64,000 nt of DNA from Lepidodermella squamata (taxonomy: Eukaryota; Animalia; Gastrotricha): the NCBI GenBank assembly GCA_047495785.1, contig JBLDXI010000013.1:1054001-1118000 (forward strand). Reading direction: 5' to 3'. Below are positions 1-13,065 of this stretch, piece by piece. The notes below the pieces were generated by a model. It worked only from the letters and a program-made list of their open reading frames with translations. It made no database searches and was not told the DNA's origin. Position numbers and translations under genes: made by a program. Within the stretch, counting starts at the first letter, position 1; each line of letters opens with the position of its first letter.

Positions 1-146
1 TCTGTGGCTGCTACATGCCAACCGAAGTCGTCGTAGTCGGAGACCGCAACTCGATACTTAAGCAGAATTCTAACGTATTTGGTGATGGCTTCTTCTCGAG
101 CAGCGAGCAGCCATGCCACGATCATGATAATCCCCGCCCCATGCAT
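1..146 (-). CDS. Partial gene running off the window edge; possible cytochrome b561 / ferric-chelate reductase-like membrane domain
   Basis: Open frame from ATG 146 to the edge: MHGAGIIMIVAWLLAAREEAITKYVRILLKY...FGWHVAAT. Resembles the HGxxMIVAW first heme helix of b561 domains; recognised by eye only. Confidence 0.3.
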   Translation of the reverse strand, partial: MHGAGIIMIVAWLLAAREEAITKYVRILLKYRVAVSDYDDFGWHVAAT

Positions 147-619
147 TGAATATGGTTACATAGAGAAGGTTTGGCCGCTTTCTTTCGAAACTGAGTAACG
201 CAAAACAAGGGACGTAAAATGGTCGGTGGATGAATGGATTATTAAGCCCAATCGCCAGTCGCCCGACGATGGGCTTCATAGTTTGAGAGTTTAGTTTGCG
301 GTGTTTTACATGGGCCACGTGGCATACAAAGGAGTAGAAAAATATAACACGGATCTAATAAAATAATGTCTTCTTTAGTTCTTTAGCGAATTCGACGTCG
401 ATGGTAAATGTCGCCAAAAAAAGCAAAAACGATCGCGCACATCAGCGCGTTCGGCGTCAAAAGATTAATAAAATCGCCCGCCAAGACTTAGCAGAGCTAA
501 TTTTTTGACGTATAATAAAATCAAATTTTTTGCTTTCGGTTTATGTGCATAAAAGATAGCGCTAGTGATCCATAGGAATATGGAATAATTTTTCGTACAT
601 TTTGGCGCAGAGTTCGCGA

Positions 620-1340
620 AGGAGCGGTGCAAGTTTTAGTTCTCTGTTCTGGACTGTCGCCAGAGGAGGTTGACCTTGTTGTCCTGGAGATCGTGAATTC
701 GTTCAAATTTTGGCCTTTTAACCTTTTCATCTACCTGGCGTACCTGATTGCCAACCGTCCGAGGACAACATCCGCGATCTGCTACCTTTGCGCTTTTGTA
801 CCTGGCGCGAAAAGCTTGTCGAGACTCAATAGATGTATGTCATTGTCATCTAATTGGATAGGTTACCCATGGCTTGATACAACTGAGACTTCTTTTATAA
901 TAGTGCTTGGTGGCTAGGTACTTGACTTTTTGAAGCTGATTTTCTTATCAGATCTAACGGACTCTGCTCTTATCCCATATCGAAGCTTCATTGATCCTAT
1001 CTTACTATGAGATGAGAGATGCGCCTTTTAGGAACTCTCGTCGGTTTACCTTCATCATTCTGAAGGATTGAAAGCGTTGTCGGAGTTAACTGTCGTTACT
1101 GAGATGATGTGTGATAAGATATCGAGTTCCAAGCTAGTCTGAACAGTTGCTACCGCCTGTTGCGGACTTGACACACGTCTCCCTTCCCTTGGGGTTTGGG
1201 ATATCACATTTCTAATATGGTACGCATTCAATGCGGTTATTTTTTGGATGTGGCTGAGATGTGAACTCAGCAAAACAGCTTGTGGATATTCTTTGACAAT
1301 ATTCAATGGGCAGTTGAACGAGGATTGTAAATGAACCACT
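620..1340 (-). mobile_element. Possible degenerate LINE ORF2 C-terminal remnant
   Basis: Coding-like frame broken by several stops, containing KLRYG (cf. QIRTG just before the zinc finger of the intact LINE at 24717-27818). No clean CCHC motif. Confidence 0.25.
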
Positions 1341-1515
1341 TGTTGTCAGTGAGTAAAGCTAATGCTTGATGTTTAATCCCTGATCTCTCATGGTGATAGC
1401 TTGATTGTGCTGAGAGTACCGGTCAAACTTGACTCGTACGTCCAACGTTCAAATTACTGAAGTATTTAAGTTGAGAGTTGATGTCTATTAATATATAATT
1501 ATTTTTATTGTTTAG

Positions 1516-2628
1516 ATGAGTTCATTTAGCCGTGAAAGCTTTTTATCCCGTTTGCGAGGACTAACAGCCACTCAGCAAGCTATACAAACGTTATCTCTCT
1601 GGTGCTTACATCATCGAAAACATTCGAACGTTATTGTTTCCATTTGGCGCGAGGAAGTCAATCAATGCCAGCCGTCTCGTCGTATTGTATTGTTGTACTT
1701 GGCGAACGATATTATTCAAAATAGTCGGAAGAAAGGTCCCGAATTCCGTCTTTCGTTTCAAACGGTTTTAAAGGATGCGATCCGCCTAGCTTCTCAAACC
1801 GACTCCAAGACCTACACAGCCACACAGCGATTGTTAGAAGTATGGGAAGAACGTGGGGTGTTTGATGAAGATTACTTGCGTATGCTGAAGTCAGTTCACG
1901 TTGAACCAAGGAGCTACAACAATGAGCCTGTTGACCAGCTGCTGGTCGGGGCTGATGATAATTCTGATGGCAACGAAAAGCGGAAACATGAAACTAAGAA
2001 CTCATCTGCCAATCAATCGAAAACTCCGCCGATTTCACGCACCGCTTCTCTTTCAAATGCTCATCAGAGTCGTGAAACTTTCGCGCCGACAGCATTGCGG
2101 GATTTAGAGAGTGACCACGACGGCAGCGCTGAAGGAATTTCACTGGCCCAGGCCTTGGAGTCTCCTCCCGCTCCCGACGAACTGATAGAAACTCTTCAAC
2201 TAGTGTCGGATAACACGGCATCCACCGACAAGGAGATGCGTGAGAGAATCGCGAGCATTCCACCTGAAGTGAGCGACTATAAGGATACTTCCTTAGATCA
2301 AAGGTTGCGCACTAAAAAAGATGCTGCAATTTTAGTCGAAAGCGCAACATCCGCCGCAGAAACTGTTGTGCAATATACGAAAAGATTAAGCGCTGAGCAA
2401 ACTGAACGTCGCAAACTGGCTGTTCGTTTGCGTGCTTGTCTTGTGAATCAAAGAAATTTGCTGCTACGCGACGCACAATTGTTGGAGGAAAGCAAAGCTC
2501 GCCTTGCAAAGGTTACTACAGTGCGATCCGAACTGCTCAAACATTTGAGCAATCTCCCTGATCTAAGTCAGTTACCAGACTTGGCTCGTCTGGCGCCATT
2601 GCCTGCTCCAAGGGATCTTTTCAGATAG
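1516..2628 (+). CDS. RPRD1B: CID-domain RNA pol II CTD-binding protein (RPRD1A/B family), intronless
   Basis: MSSFS...TQQAIQTLSLW..HHRKH, LYLANDIIQNSRKKG, WEERGVF; C-terminal LPDLS..LAPLP..DLF. ATG directly follows ttgtttag. Confidence 0.92.
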   Translation: MSSFSRESFLSRLRGLTATQQAIQTLSLWCLHHRKHSNVIVSIWREEVNQCQPSRRIVLLYLANDIIQNSRKKGPEFRLSFQTVLKDAIRLASQTDSKTYTATQRLLEVWEERGVFDEDYLRMLKSVHVEPRSYNNEPVDQLLVGADDNSDGNEKRKHETKNSSANQSKTPPISRTASLSNAHQSRETFAPTALRDLESDHDGSAEGISLAQALESPPAPDELIETLQLVSDNTASTDKEMRERIASIPPEVSDYKDTSLDQRLRTKKDAAILVESATSAAETVVQYTKRLSAEQTERRKLAVRLRACLVNQRNLLLRDAQLLEESKARLAKVTTVRSELLKHLSNLPDLSQLPDLARLAPLPAPRDLFR

Positions 2629-2765
2629 CTTCCGTGAAGTGACCTCATTTGTATATTGCTAAAATTAATTCATTAAATTTGACATTTTAAATCAATATGT
2701 TCTTCATATTTTAGATATTTTTTTTATTCAAATGGGGCCTTTGAAACTGTTCACTGGTTGAAATA

Positions 2766-3810
2766 ATGGGATCGAAGCTTGGAACTCTCAACGATCAAGG
2801 TCCGCATTCTCGCTCGGCTGTGCCAGCGGGAGATAGTGGCGGCATTTTCTTGGAAGGACCATCGAGTAGGCGGCGTCATTCTCAAACTCGCCGTTCGGTA
2901 TCAAACGCCCAATCTGATTCATTGAATGTGCTGGGAAATTCCCAGCGCCAAAGGGCAGCGAGCACCTCTGATGCGTTAAACCAACCTGCTAATGGCTCGA
3001 GTGTGAACGGTGGATCTTCTGCTGAAGGTCGCGAGATGAATGGTAGGCATCGCAGAGCTGCAGGCTCGCAACAACAGCAGTACTCGCTATTCGGGCATTA
3101 CTGGGACGCTTTCCTCAATTCAGACTCGTCATCTGAAGACGACGATGGCGCAGAATCCGAAAACGATTCCAGCGACAGTGAGCGTCACCCGCAACGGGGC
3201 GGAGGTCATCGAAGGCAACGCCATTCTCAAAATAATAGTTCTTCGTTTGTAACTTCAGCATCGCCAACTTCCGCAGCATCGGCCTCGAACCCTGGTGCTC
3301 TGCCCTTTCGAATTCCTGCTTCATCCGTGTCAAGTTCGATGGCTCTTTCTCGCGCTTCTAACCGCCGACGGTTACGTGCGCTCATTGCTGCTCATTCTCT
3401 ACCTTTCCCGCTATTCTCAGTCTCAGATTTCAAATGCCCAGTTTGCCACAAAGCGGTTCCTTCCGAAGACGTTGAGTTGCATATTGTTGTTTGCCTAACA
3501 AAGCCCAGAATCGATTACAACGGTAGGCGATGCAAATATTCTTTTACGATATCGATTTTTATATACAAAATATTTACTTCAGTTGACGTGTTGGCCGAAG
3601 ACAAAGACGAGTGTATAATTTGCTTTGAAGAAATGCACGGTGGTGACACGATTGCCCGGCTTCCATGTCTATGCATCTATCACAAGCGGTGAGTCATTGC
3701 TTCATTCTTCTTCAGGAAAAAATATCTGAACAATTTATATCCTCAGATGCATCGACCAATGGTTTAGCGTTAGGCGAGCTTGTCCAGCTCACCCTCCCGA
3801 TGAAGATTGA
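2766..3810 (+). CDS. ZNRF2: E3 ubiquitin ligase of the ZNRF1/2 family (zinc finger + RING-H2), 3 exons
   Basis: N-terminal MGSK; FKCPVCHK..ELHIVVCLTKPRIDYN; ECIICFEEM..GDTIARLPCLCIYHKR|CIDQWF...CPAHP. GT-AG introns at ~3523-3582 and 3689-3746. Confidence 0.9.
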
Positions 3811-4379
3811 TGGCTGATAAGCACCGAATCCTGCTGCAGAAACGCGAAACCCCTTTCTTCTACCTTTGCGTTAAGTCTCATGCCTAATGCTTGATAAAAA
3901 TAACATTCAAAGATTCTGACTGCAGTCGAGTCTGTGCGTTTCCTCAGTTGCATGTGACAATTTTGAGGAATTTCGCCCATATAAGCTTATTTTGATTGCC
4001 GAGTGAAAAAAATGAATTATAAATAGACATTAATTAGTCAAAACCAGATTTTACGAGTGAATCGTCTAATATTTTGTTGTTAAACTGTTTTTTACGTTGC
4101 ATTTTTAGTAACACAATGCCTCTAACATTCTTGTTCATGTATAAGAATATGAAACATTAGTAAAGACGGCGATTGAGATGACGGTGCTCTAAAAGTGATG
4201 TTTCCTCACCCATATTTATAAAGAAAGTAAAATAAGCATCAACAAAACGATTTTTATACCGCTTGTGACCAATTTTTCGTTCATGATAATAAGGCGAGTA
4301 TCATCGCTTGCGTGTGACTGTGATTAAAAAACGATTTCGTTTTACGCGCACCCGTGCTCGTGTCATTAACTTGAGTTTT

Positions 4380-4900
4380 TAATCTTGACCCATTTCTTAA
4401 TCGCCAACCGGACATACGTAATGCTATCGTAACGTCGAGTCTCGATGAATTCGATAATCTGATTTGAAAATGTATAAATGCCTCTCTCTGCTGATTCTTC
4501 AATATTTGTTGTAGTATACAAGTTGATATAAAAATCTTTTCTGAATGCCTTGACAGGGTTCCTTTTAAAGGATATGTTTTATTTTGTAAAGAGATCCACT
4601 CGAAAATAAATGCGCCTCCTTTTGAGACAACACCAGCAGCAATGCACCGAGAGGTGATTGATGGATGTTTCACTCTTGAGTTGCTTAGCTTCATTCTCGA
4701 TTCAGAGTTTGCACTGGAATCTTCTCGTGAATAGTACGTTCTGATGGGAAAAATGTTGTCTTCATTTTATACATGTCTTCTGTAAATTCTTCATGGTAAT
4801 TTCCTTACTGGCTCGCATCGGAATACGGAAGGATGAATTTCTCATCTTTCCTTGCGCATACATCGTGCATAAATTGACAGTAAAATCGCGAATCGGCAGG
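4380..4900 (-). mobile_element. Degenerate LINE 3' fragment with decayed CCHC zinc finger
   Basis: One minus frame reads KNLQKTCIK*RQHF...FQCKL*IENEAKQLKSETSINHLSVHCCWCCLKRRRIY. This is C-x2-(C>TGA)...ETxxxHL-x3-C, the LINE ORF2 terminal motif, with in-frame stops. Confidence 0.55.
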
Positions 4901-5094
4901 TTTTTCCGTGTTTCTATCACAATCTTGTGGTTGTCTTTGGCTAACATCCGAAAATAAAGCGGTTCGATAAGTGATATTTTTATTCTATTTTTCTGCTCTC
5001 AAAGCCATCAATGCAACCATTGATGAATTGCCGTGGGTAGATCGTGCAGACTCTGCAGTATGCATGTCAGAAATAAACAAGCTAATCTGCGCTC

Positions 5095-7523
5095 CTAGTC
5101 ATCAGCTGCAATCGATTGCGGCGAGAAGTCGACAGCTTGGCTCGGTTTGCTCCTGAATTTATTTTTAAGCGAAGCAATCCAAATGGCCCCGTAGGATCGA
5201 TAATACAACACGAAGAGCGCGATGCCGCGCATGAGCACAACCATGCCGGCTAAAACGAGAAAATCGACATTGAGCCTGCTGCTGTCACCATAACCGTAAA
5301 AATCCAGTAGATTCGAGCCATTTTCAAAACACCGGCTAGAGGGTTCGTAATCAGTCGCGTTTCGATCGGGGCACGCCAGTTCGACTCCGTCGAATTCTAC
5401 GACGAACATGGCTTCTGTTGACCAATAGAAGAACGAGAGGTAGACCAACCAGCTCAAGTACTTGGGCAGCGACGTGATATTCAAAACATAGCCTGCAATG
5501 AATGTAAAATAATAACAAGCCAGTCACGCTAAATACCCTGCATACCATTCAAGTTTATGAGCAAGATCAAAACGACTCTCCGCAAAGTTACTTGAACTGC
5601 ATAGCTGTCAGAGCTGAAAAAGAAACAAATTTAACGGCTTGGGTTGACGTATCAAAATTACCAGAAGCCAACTAAATATCCAAACGAAGCCGCGTTCAAC
5701 CCAGTTAGAAATGTAATCAATATCATTTTTATAGCTCCAACTACGTCGGTCAAACTCCAAAGATTCGAAATCGCACAAATGACCACTGTTTGAACTGTAG
5801 TCAATCCAAAAAGCATGGGCAGCTCAACGAACTGGCGGCCGAAAAAGTACGCTGACAGAGAGTATAAACCAGCGGAGCTGTCCCTTATCAGAAACGGGCG
5901 ATCGTAGGGCAGAGTCAGAGCATAAGCGTCTAAAAAAAGCTCATTTTTGATTTGCTACTATTGGAACAAATACCATACCAATGTTATCCCAAGTTGAGAT
6001 ACTTCGGAATACAGCAAAAACATGAAAATACAGTAAATAGGCGAATTGCTAATTTTTTATACCTAATTAATTGAGCCAAAAGTCCAGCTCTATTAGTAAC
6101 GCCGATAGGAGTCTCTGACAGTTGGAAAAATGTGAGTCCATAAAGTATCGCAAACAGAGCAACTTCGATAACGCGTACTCGAATCCACATTGGCGAGCGG
6201 TAGAAAGATTTAGCAGATCGCCATGTCGACCAAACAAATTGCGTCCACGGGGTTGGTAGCGGTTGAATAAGAGTGCTATAAGTGCTCTGATCCGTCAAAT
6301 CCTCAATACTTGCATTTTGACGTCTAGCTGTTTCTGATATTTTCAGCAACTCAGCATGTAAGGTTTTCGCAAAACGGCTCCCTTCGAACGCCGCATTTAT
6401 AAACTTGGCATGCAGCTCCATGTCTCGAACATCTTCGTCGATAGTGGCATCATTTTCATCTTTATTACTAAGAACATCGGCTTTGGCGAAAAGGTGAGGT
6501 CGAGATAAGATGTCGATGTAGTAATCCGCTGGGTTGTATGAAACCGGACACGGGCGTAGAAGGGGAGCTTCGGCAAAGAAGTTGTACGCATCTTTTGAGT
6601 CACCATGATAACATACTCGCCCATCAGACAGTAAAAACAGCCGATCGAAGTAACTTAATAACGGAAAAGCAGTTCATATCTAAATCTGGAATAAAACTTG
6701 GCTTCTCAAACCTGAAAAGCTCAGATGAAGGCTGATGAATCGTGAACGCAACAGTTTTACCAGCTTGGGCTAAATTTCTCAAAGCTAGAATTACAGATTC
6801 TGACGTAAACGCGTCCAAACCACTCGTTGGCTCGTCAAGGAGAAGCAATGGAGGATTTGCGATGAGTTCAGTCGCCACGGAAAGTCGCTTCCGTTCGCCA
6901 CCTGATAGCGTCTTCATCCCCATTTGGGGAATCCCAATGAGAGTATTAGCGCATTTCGCAAGATTCAGCTCAACCATAACAGCTTCAACTCGACGCTTAC
7001 GTTTCTCATCAGTTGTACCCAGTTGAGTCATTCGGAGCTTCGAATGAAACCACAGGTGCTCTTGGACGGTTAAAAATCCAGGGAAAACGTCGTCTTGCTC
7101 GACGAACGCTGCAAATCGGCGCAAAATATCGACACGGTGAGTGACATCCCGACCGTTGAGCTGTACGGCTCCATTTATAACAGGTTGGCCTTCAGTTGCA
7201 GCGGCTGGTCGCTGGTTTGTCAACCGACCACTAATTATGTTCAGTAGAGTTGTTTTACCAGCTCCCGAAGCTCCCATTATCGCCAACTATCATTATTTAG
7301 GGGTAACTTTTCCATTTTAGGATAATAAAGATTTTACCAATTGTCCAGGTTTGGCAACACCGGAAACGTCCTTAACCAACTGGCGATTTTTAACAGGGCC
7401 ATTCTTCGGGGTTTCGGTGATCCATGCATTAATGTTTCGCCATGAAAGAGATAGTTGCTGCCTTTCTGGCGTATGGCTGGATTCAGCCAAGTTTGCATGG
7501 ATGTTGCTCTCGTTGCTATCCAT
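5095..7523 (-). CDS. ABCG (white/scarlet-like) half transporter, copy 1, multi-exon
   Basis: Walker A GASGAGKTT, signature LSGGERKR, LLLDEPTSGLD, TIHQPSSE, YNPADYY; C-terminal TM domain; NBD-before-TMD order. Confidence 0.93.
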
Positions 7524-7599
7524 CTATTTTTGAAATGTGCAGCTTCTTAATTATGTGGCTTTGCGATGCGGTGTAATTTCTAGATGCTTGCACTTAGTG

Positions 7600-7654
7600 T
7601 TATCTGTCAATTGTTACGTTTTTAACGTCCGAGCTTGATAGTTGGTTCTGATAA
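7600..7654. promoter_or_regulatory. WGATAR (GATA-type) motif cluster upstream of ABCG copy 1
   Basis: ttatct 7600, tgatag 7636, tgataa 7649; a similar cluster lies at 10153-10229 upstream of copy 2. Confidence 0.4.
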
Positions 7655-7722
7655 GAATAGTGTAAAGACCAGGCGATATAATAGTTTTTTTTATTCATTA
7701 TCATTATTTTCATAATTCGTTT

Positions 7723-10048
7723 TCAGCTAGTGGTAAATTTCCTTTTAACCATGGATATCCAAATAGAGCTGTAAGACCGATAATAAAGCACGAAAAGCGC
7801 AAAAGACCGCCATATAACAACCATAGCGATCAAAATTCCGAAATTCATGCCGATTTTCGATCCATCACCGTAATTGTAGTATGCTAATAAAGTCGGTCCG
7901 TCGACAAAGCAAGTTGGCGTAGTCGCCGAGCTGTTGCTATTGGTGTCGCAGTCCAGCTTGTCCACATTGCTCCACTCCGCGATAAAAAGTACTTCCGTTG
8001 CCCAAAAGTAGAATGACGCATAAATGAGCCAAACGAAAACTTTGGGTACAGTTGAAATGTTGAGGAAAAAGCCGTTGAGAAGAGCCATGACATTCAGAAT
8101 AATACGTCGAATCGTGATTTGAACGCCTATGTTCTCTGACCAAAACCCTACCAAGTAACCAAAGGAGGAAGCGTTCAGCGCAACAAGGAACGTTGAAAAT
8201 AGCATTTGAAAGGCTCCTTCTACGGTGGTCGTGCTGAAAAGATTCGCCATTGCTGCGATTGCACTTGTTTGAACCACTGATAAAACGAATATTAGAGGCA
8301 GCTCAACAAACTGACGACCCAAGAAGTAGGCTCCCAAGGAATAAAGGCTTAAAAAAAATGGAAAGAACAAAGATACATTATTATCAGAAGTTTGTCCCAT
8401 TTAGTTGAAATTTACCCTGCCGCGTGCTCCCTGACAAGAAACGGTCGATCTTGTGGTATCGTTATTGCATAGGCGTCTGAAAAAGAGCTTTCAAGTTCCT
8501 GGCGACATTTTTTTGAAGGTGTTACCTAGATTATCCCATACACAAAGACTATAAAAAAATAGATGAAATAATGTCAGGGATCAGCTATTCGCCAATAATT
8601 TCAAATTCCAAACCTGACGAGCTGTGACAGCAGACCATTACGATTCATCACTCCCGTGGGTGTCTCATTTAGATTCAGAAAAACCAGACCAAACAAGAGG
8701 ATAAATTGCGCGACTTGAATCACTCGTACGCGCATCCAATGGGGTGAGCGATAAAATGATTTCGCTGCTCGCCAAGTGGTCCATTGCAGCTGAAGTATCC
8801 TTCCAGGCTTTGGTTGTAGAAGGTTACTCGCCCCGATTCTCTCAGCAAACTCCTCGATGGCTTCTTCCTGGCCAGAATCGGCGAGCCGTTGTAGTTCAAC
8901 TTCCAAAATAGTTCCGAAGCGGCTTTGTTCAAAAGTGGAATTAATAAATTTCGCATGCGCTTCCATCGCTTGAACATCATCCAACTTGGATAAATTTGCT
9001 ATATGGTCAGGATAGGCATACGGCCGCGACAAAACGTCGATGTAAAAATCTGCTGGGTTGTACGACGACGGAACAGTTTTGCTGATTGGAGAAGCCATGA
9101 AAAACTCAGCTGCATCGCGAGATGCGCCATGGAAGCAAACTCTACCCGAGCTCAGTAGCAATAATCGATCAAAGTACCTATGATTGAGCAGAAAATTTTA
9201 TTATATTACTTATGTGAGATGCCGGCTGCTTGTAAAATTTACCCGAAAAGTTCGGAACTTGGTTGATGAATTGTAAATGCCACCGTCTTCCCAGCCATCG
9301 CCAAGTTTCGCAACGCCGAAACTACTGATTCGCTCATGAAAGAGTCGAGGCCAGATGTCGGTTCATCCAGTAAAATTAACGGAGGGTTCGCGATGAGTTC
9401 AGTCGCCACGGAGAGTCGCTTTCGCTCCCCTCCAGACAGCGTTTTCATGCCGAATATTGGCAGCCCAATCAATGTAGCGGCGGCTTTTTTTAGATTTAGC
9501 TCAGACAGCAAGGCTTCAACTCGACGCCGTCGTTGCGCATCAGTGATTCCCGGCTTCGTCATGCGAAGCTTCGCATGAAACCACAGATGTTCTTCGACTG
9601 TCAGAAAGCCTGGAAAAACATCGTCCTGTTCTACGAAAGCGCAAAATCGCTTTAATATATCGATGCGATCGCTGATGTTTCGGCCATTGATTTGAACAGA
9701 ACCGTCTACCACTGGTGATCCTGGAGGCAGTGTTTTCGATCCTTTCCTATAATTTGCTAGACGACCGCTGATAACATTTAACAGCGTCGTTTTTCCTGCC
9801 CCGGATGCTCCCATAATTGCCAGCTGTTAGATGAAAAAATGCAGCTGTTAGATGACAATTCTATAGTTACAGTTCTGCCTTACAATTTCGCCCGGCTTCG
9901 CTAAACCTGATGCATTTTTCACGAGTTCTGTGGTCGTTCCCGAAAGAGTGACTTTGACATCGTTCCAAGAAAGAGACAGCTGATGATCCTGTGGTGTATG
10001 ACTTGATTCAGCAAATGCTCGATATTTTGGTTCAACGCTATCCCCCAT
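7723..10048 (-). CDS. ABCG (white/scarlet-like) half transporter, copy 2 (tandem paralog)
   Basis: Same motifs (GASGAGKTT, LSGGERKR, LLDEPTSGLD, YNPADFY) and collinear similarity to copy 1. Confidence 0.93.
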
Positions 10049-11627
10049 GATGCAGCAGCTATACTTGAATGACCAACGTTTTCAGCTTCTCTACTTGCTT
10101 GCCTGGCAAGTTTTGTTTTATCTCTACTCATTGTGTCTGCATCCAATCGTGCTTATCTCTTATCTCATGAGAATTTCTTCAATGGATAGACAAAATCTGA
10201 TACCGGAAAGGATTAAAAATTATAGATAAGGCAGCGTAAAACTGGTATTTATTTCTTTTCAAAATCGACTTTGAAAACTGTTGAACCATTAAAATTCATT
10301 CAAGAGCGTGTAACTGCCGTCTCCTTGCGTAGGTCGATTCCTCGAAGCTCCATCTCTTGAAGAATTCGGTTGGCTGAGAAAACATTATCAGTTTTAGCTC
10401 AAAGGCAAACAGCGACAAACTCGCTTACTGAAACAACACGGGCAACAATGAGATTCGAGCCCTTCGCTAAAGTAAGGAGACGAAAGATAAATGGAGCATC
10501 GGATGTACTGAAATAAATTACAAGCAAAAATCCTCCTCGATGCCGGCCAGAAATCTGAACAGCAAGAGGTAGAACTCCGAAACATCGCGGGTAGCATAAG
10601 AAAACATTTAGCCGTCTCGCTATCACTTTTACAGCGCGGCGGAGAAATTCAATAAAATAAAGCCGGCTGTTCATCAGATTATTGAATTTTGAAATAACAA
10701 TCTTACGAGAGTTAGCCATGCAAAAGCAGCAGAAGGACAAGAAACCTAATGAACATAAATTTGCTCAGGTCATTACTGTATCACTTTTTATATCATGGTC
10801 CTACATAGTCCGCAGCTTCCGCAGTCAAGAAGTGCGTGTTGATAGTAATCCGGTTGGCCCTTTACCTTCAATAGGAGGAATGAACAAATCATTGAATTCA
10901 TGGGAAACAACGCCACTTTACTCCTATACTAGACGTGCCGTAATTGACTTTGCCAGCGACTTTGTCAGGATAAGGCTGGGCCGATATTATCGGGGTCTCA
11001 TCGTCCAATCGATGCATCATTCTAGCGTGAAGCAGTAATGCTTGCTATTATTTTCACTGAAATCTCCTGAGGGCATAAAAAAATAACTACAAACGCAACT
11101 TTTTTGATAAGAAGCCTCAGTAGATAGCGGACCGTTTGACTAAAACAGACATCAGTTATCCTAATCGCTCAATTTATTCATTCTCAAGTTTACTACACTC
11201 GCGATAGCAACTTTGTGTATCCTGCGATAACAATGCGATCGAAGATAGAGAATAGAAATAAAAATGGTCTCCAGAAGTGCATAATATAATTTTTCAATAA
11301 GAGTAATAATAATTGATGCACTGCAGTAATCAACACTGGAAATGAATGTGGACCATGTAGCACAGACAAAACAACGCAGCATCGCTTATATCACGCCTAT
11401 CAAGTGTAAAACGTATGATATTTTCTCATTTCCGAGAAGGTTTTTCAAGACAATTCGAGGCATTCCAGACACAGAATTCCACCAAGATATAAAAACGCAT
11501 ATAGGCTATTTTGATACTTCTAAAATTGATGCGTATCAATTTACATTTATTTCAAGACTTGAACGTATACTTTATATTCTTCACTGGGCTAATTTTATTT
11601 TGGAATAAGCTAACGTCAGTTTTATAT

Positions 11628-12921
11628 TCAGACATCATCTTTCATGCCCTCAGAGGCAACCGCAAGTTCGGCAACTCGATCACAAATCGCATTTACGACA
11701 TCGGAAGTCGAGGCAGTGCCGCCAGCTTCCTCAGTTCGGAGTGCAGGGTTCGGGAGTGTTTCAAGTACGGCAGTACGAATGGCAGCGGCCCGTTTCTGGA
11801 GCCCTGGCAAGCGGTCGAGCAGATCAGCAGACGCCATTAGAAACGCAATCGGGTTGGCCTTATTTTTACCAACCAGTGATCTACCGCGACGGCGAGTTCC
11901 AGTTTCGAACACAGCATATTTGGTGCCCAAGTTAGCACCTGGAATGATCCAAGAACCGCCTACAAGTCCACACACGACGTTTCCAATAATATTGCCGTAT
12001 AAATTCGGCATAACCAACACGTCGAATTGCTGAGGTTTGGAAACCAGCTGCATGCACGTGTTATCAACAATCATCTGAAAACAGCAATAAGTACGATATA
12101 ATATGGAGAAAAAACCAGACTCACAGCGTCAAATTCCAAGTCGGGATATTCTCGAGACATTTCTCGGCAGCATTGCAGGAAAAGACCGTCACTCAACTTC
12201 ATAATATTTGCTTTGTGAATGGCGGTGACGCGTTTGCGACCATGCTGCTGCGCGAATTCGAAGGCAAATCGTGCAATTCGCTCCGAGCGCTCCCGAGTGA
12301 TCACTTTTAACATCTCAACAATGCCAGGTGTCGCTTCGTGCTCAAGATTCGAGTATTCGCCTTCGGTGTTCTCTCTAATAATGACCATGTCGATGTTGCT
12401 GTGGCGGGTTTCGATACCAGGCAGGGATCGGCAACGGACAATGTGGGCGAAAAGGTCAAGCTCGGTTCGGATCTTGACGTTCAAGGACTGGTGAGTGATC
12501 GGAGCGTCGATTTGCGTCAGGATGTTGCCTTTCAGCGCAACGCCAGTTCGTCGAATAGACATAATAGCGTAATTAGCTGCTTCGGGGGTATCATACGTGA
12601 CTGGTACAAACTCAAAATCAACCGGAGCTCGAGCTGCGCTATACAATTTCTGGACGTGTTTGAACATTTCGGGCCCGATGCCATCTCCAGGAATAGCGGT
12701 GACTACGAAAAAACACGAATAAATTTTCAAAATCGGAAACTAATCATATAAAACGTACCAGCGTAACGACCCCCGTACTTGGTGAAAACAGCTTCAGATG
12801 AAGAAGGCAAGGCCCATTGCCTCAAGTAGTTGGCCATTTCAGCTTTATCGGCGGCTGCATTAGGGGAGGCGGGACCTGAGCAGAATGATCGAGATAAAAC
12901 GTTGATGGCGCTCCTCCTCAT
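11628..12921 (-). CDS. IDH3G: Mitochondrial NAD-dependent isocitrate dehydrogenase gamma subunit, 3 exons
   Basis: KYGGRYA|VTAIPGDGIGPE, IRENTEGEYS.LEHE, MIVDNTCMQLVSKPQQFDVLVMPNLYGN. The true ATG is at 12921 (MRRSAINVLSR, presequence-like). Confidence 0.92.
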
Positions 12922-13065
12922 TGCTGTATTCAAAAATATAACAATCCTAGGAATGGAAAACAGGTATTATAACAAATTATTGAACAATTTACTGAAGAAA
13001 TTGTTGTACAGAAGTAGACACATCACCATAATAATTCAATTTGAAATACATAGTTCGTAGGATTT

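Noticed and set aside
10260-11600. Short ORFs between ABCG copy 2 and IDH3G
   Set aside because: No consistent spliced frame or recognisable motif could be built.
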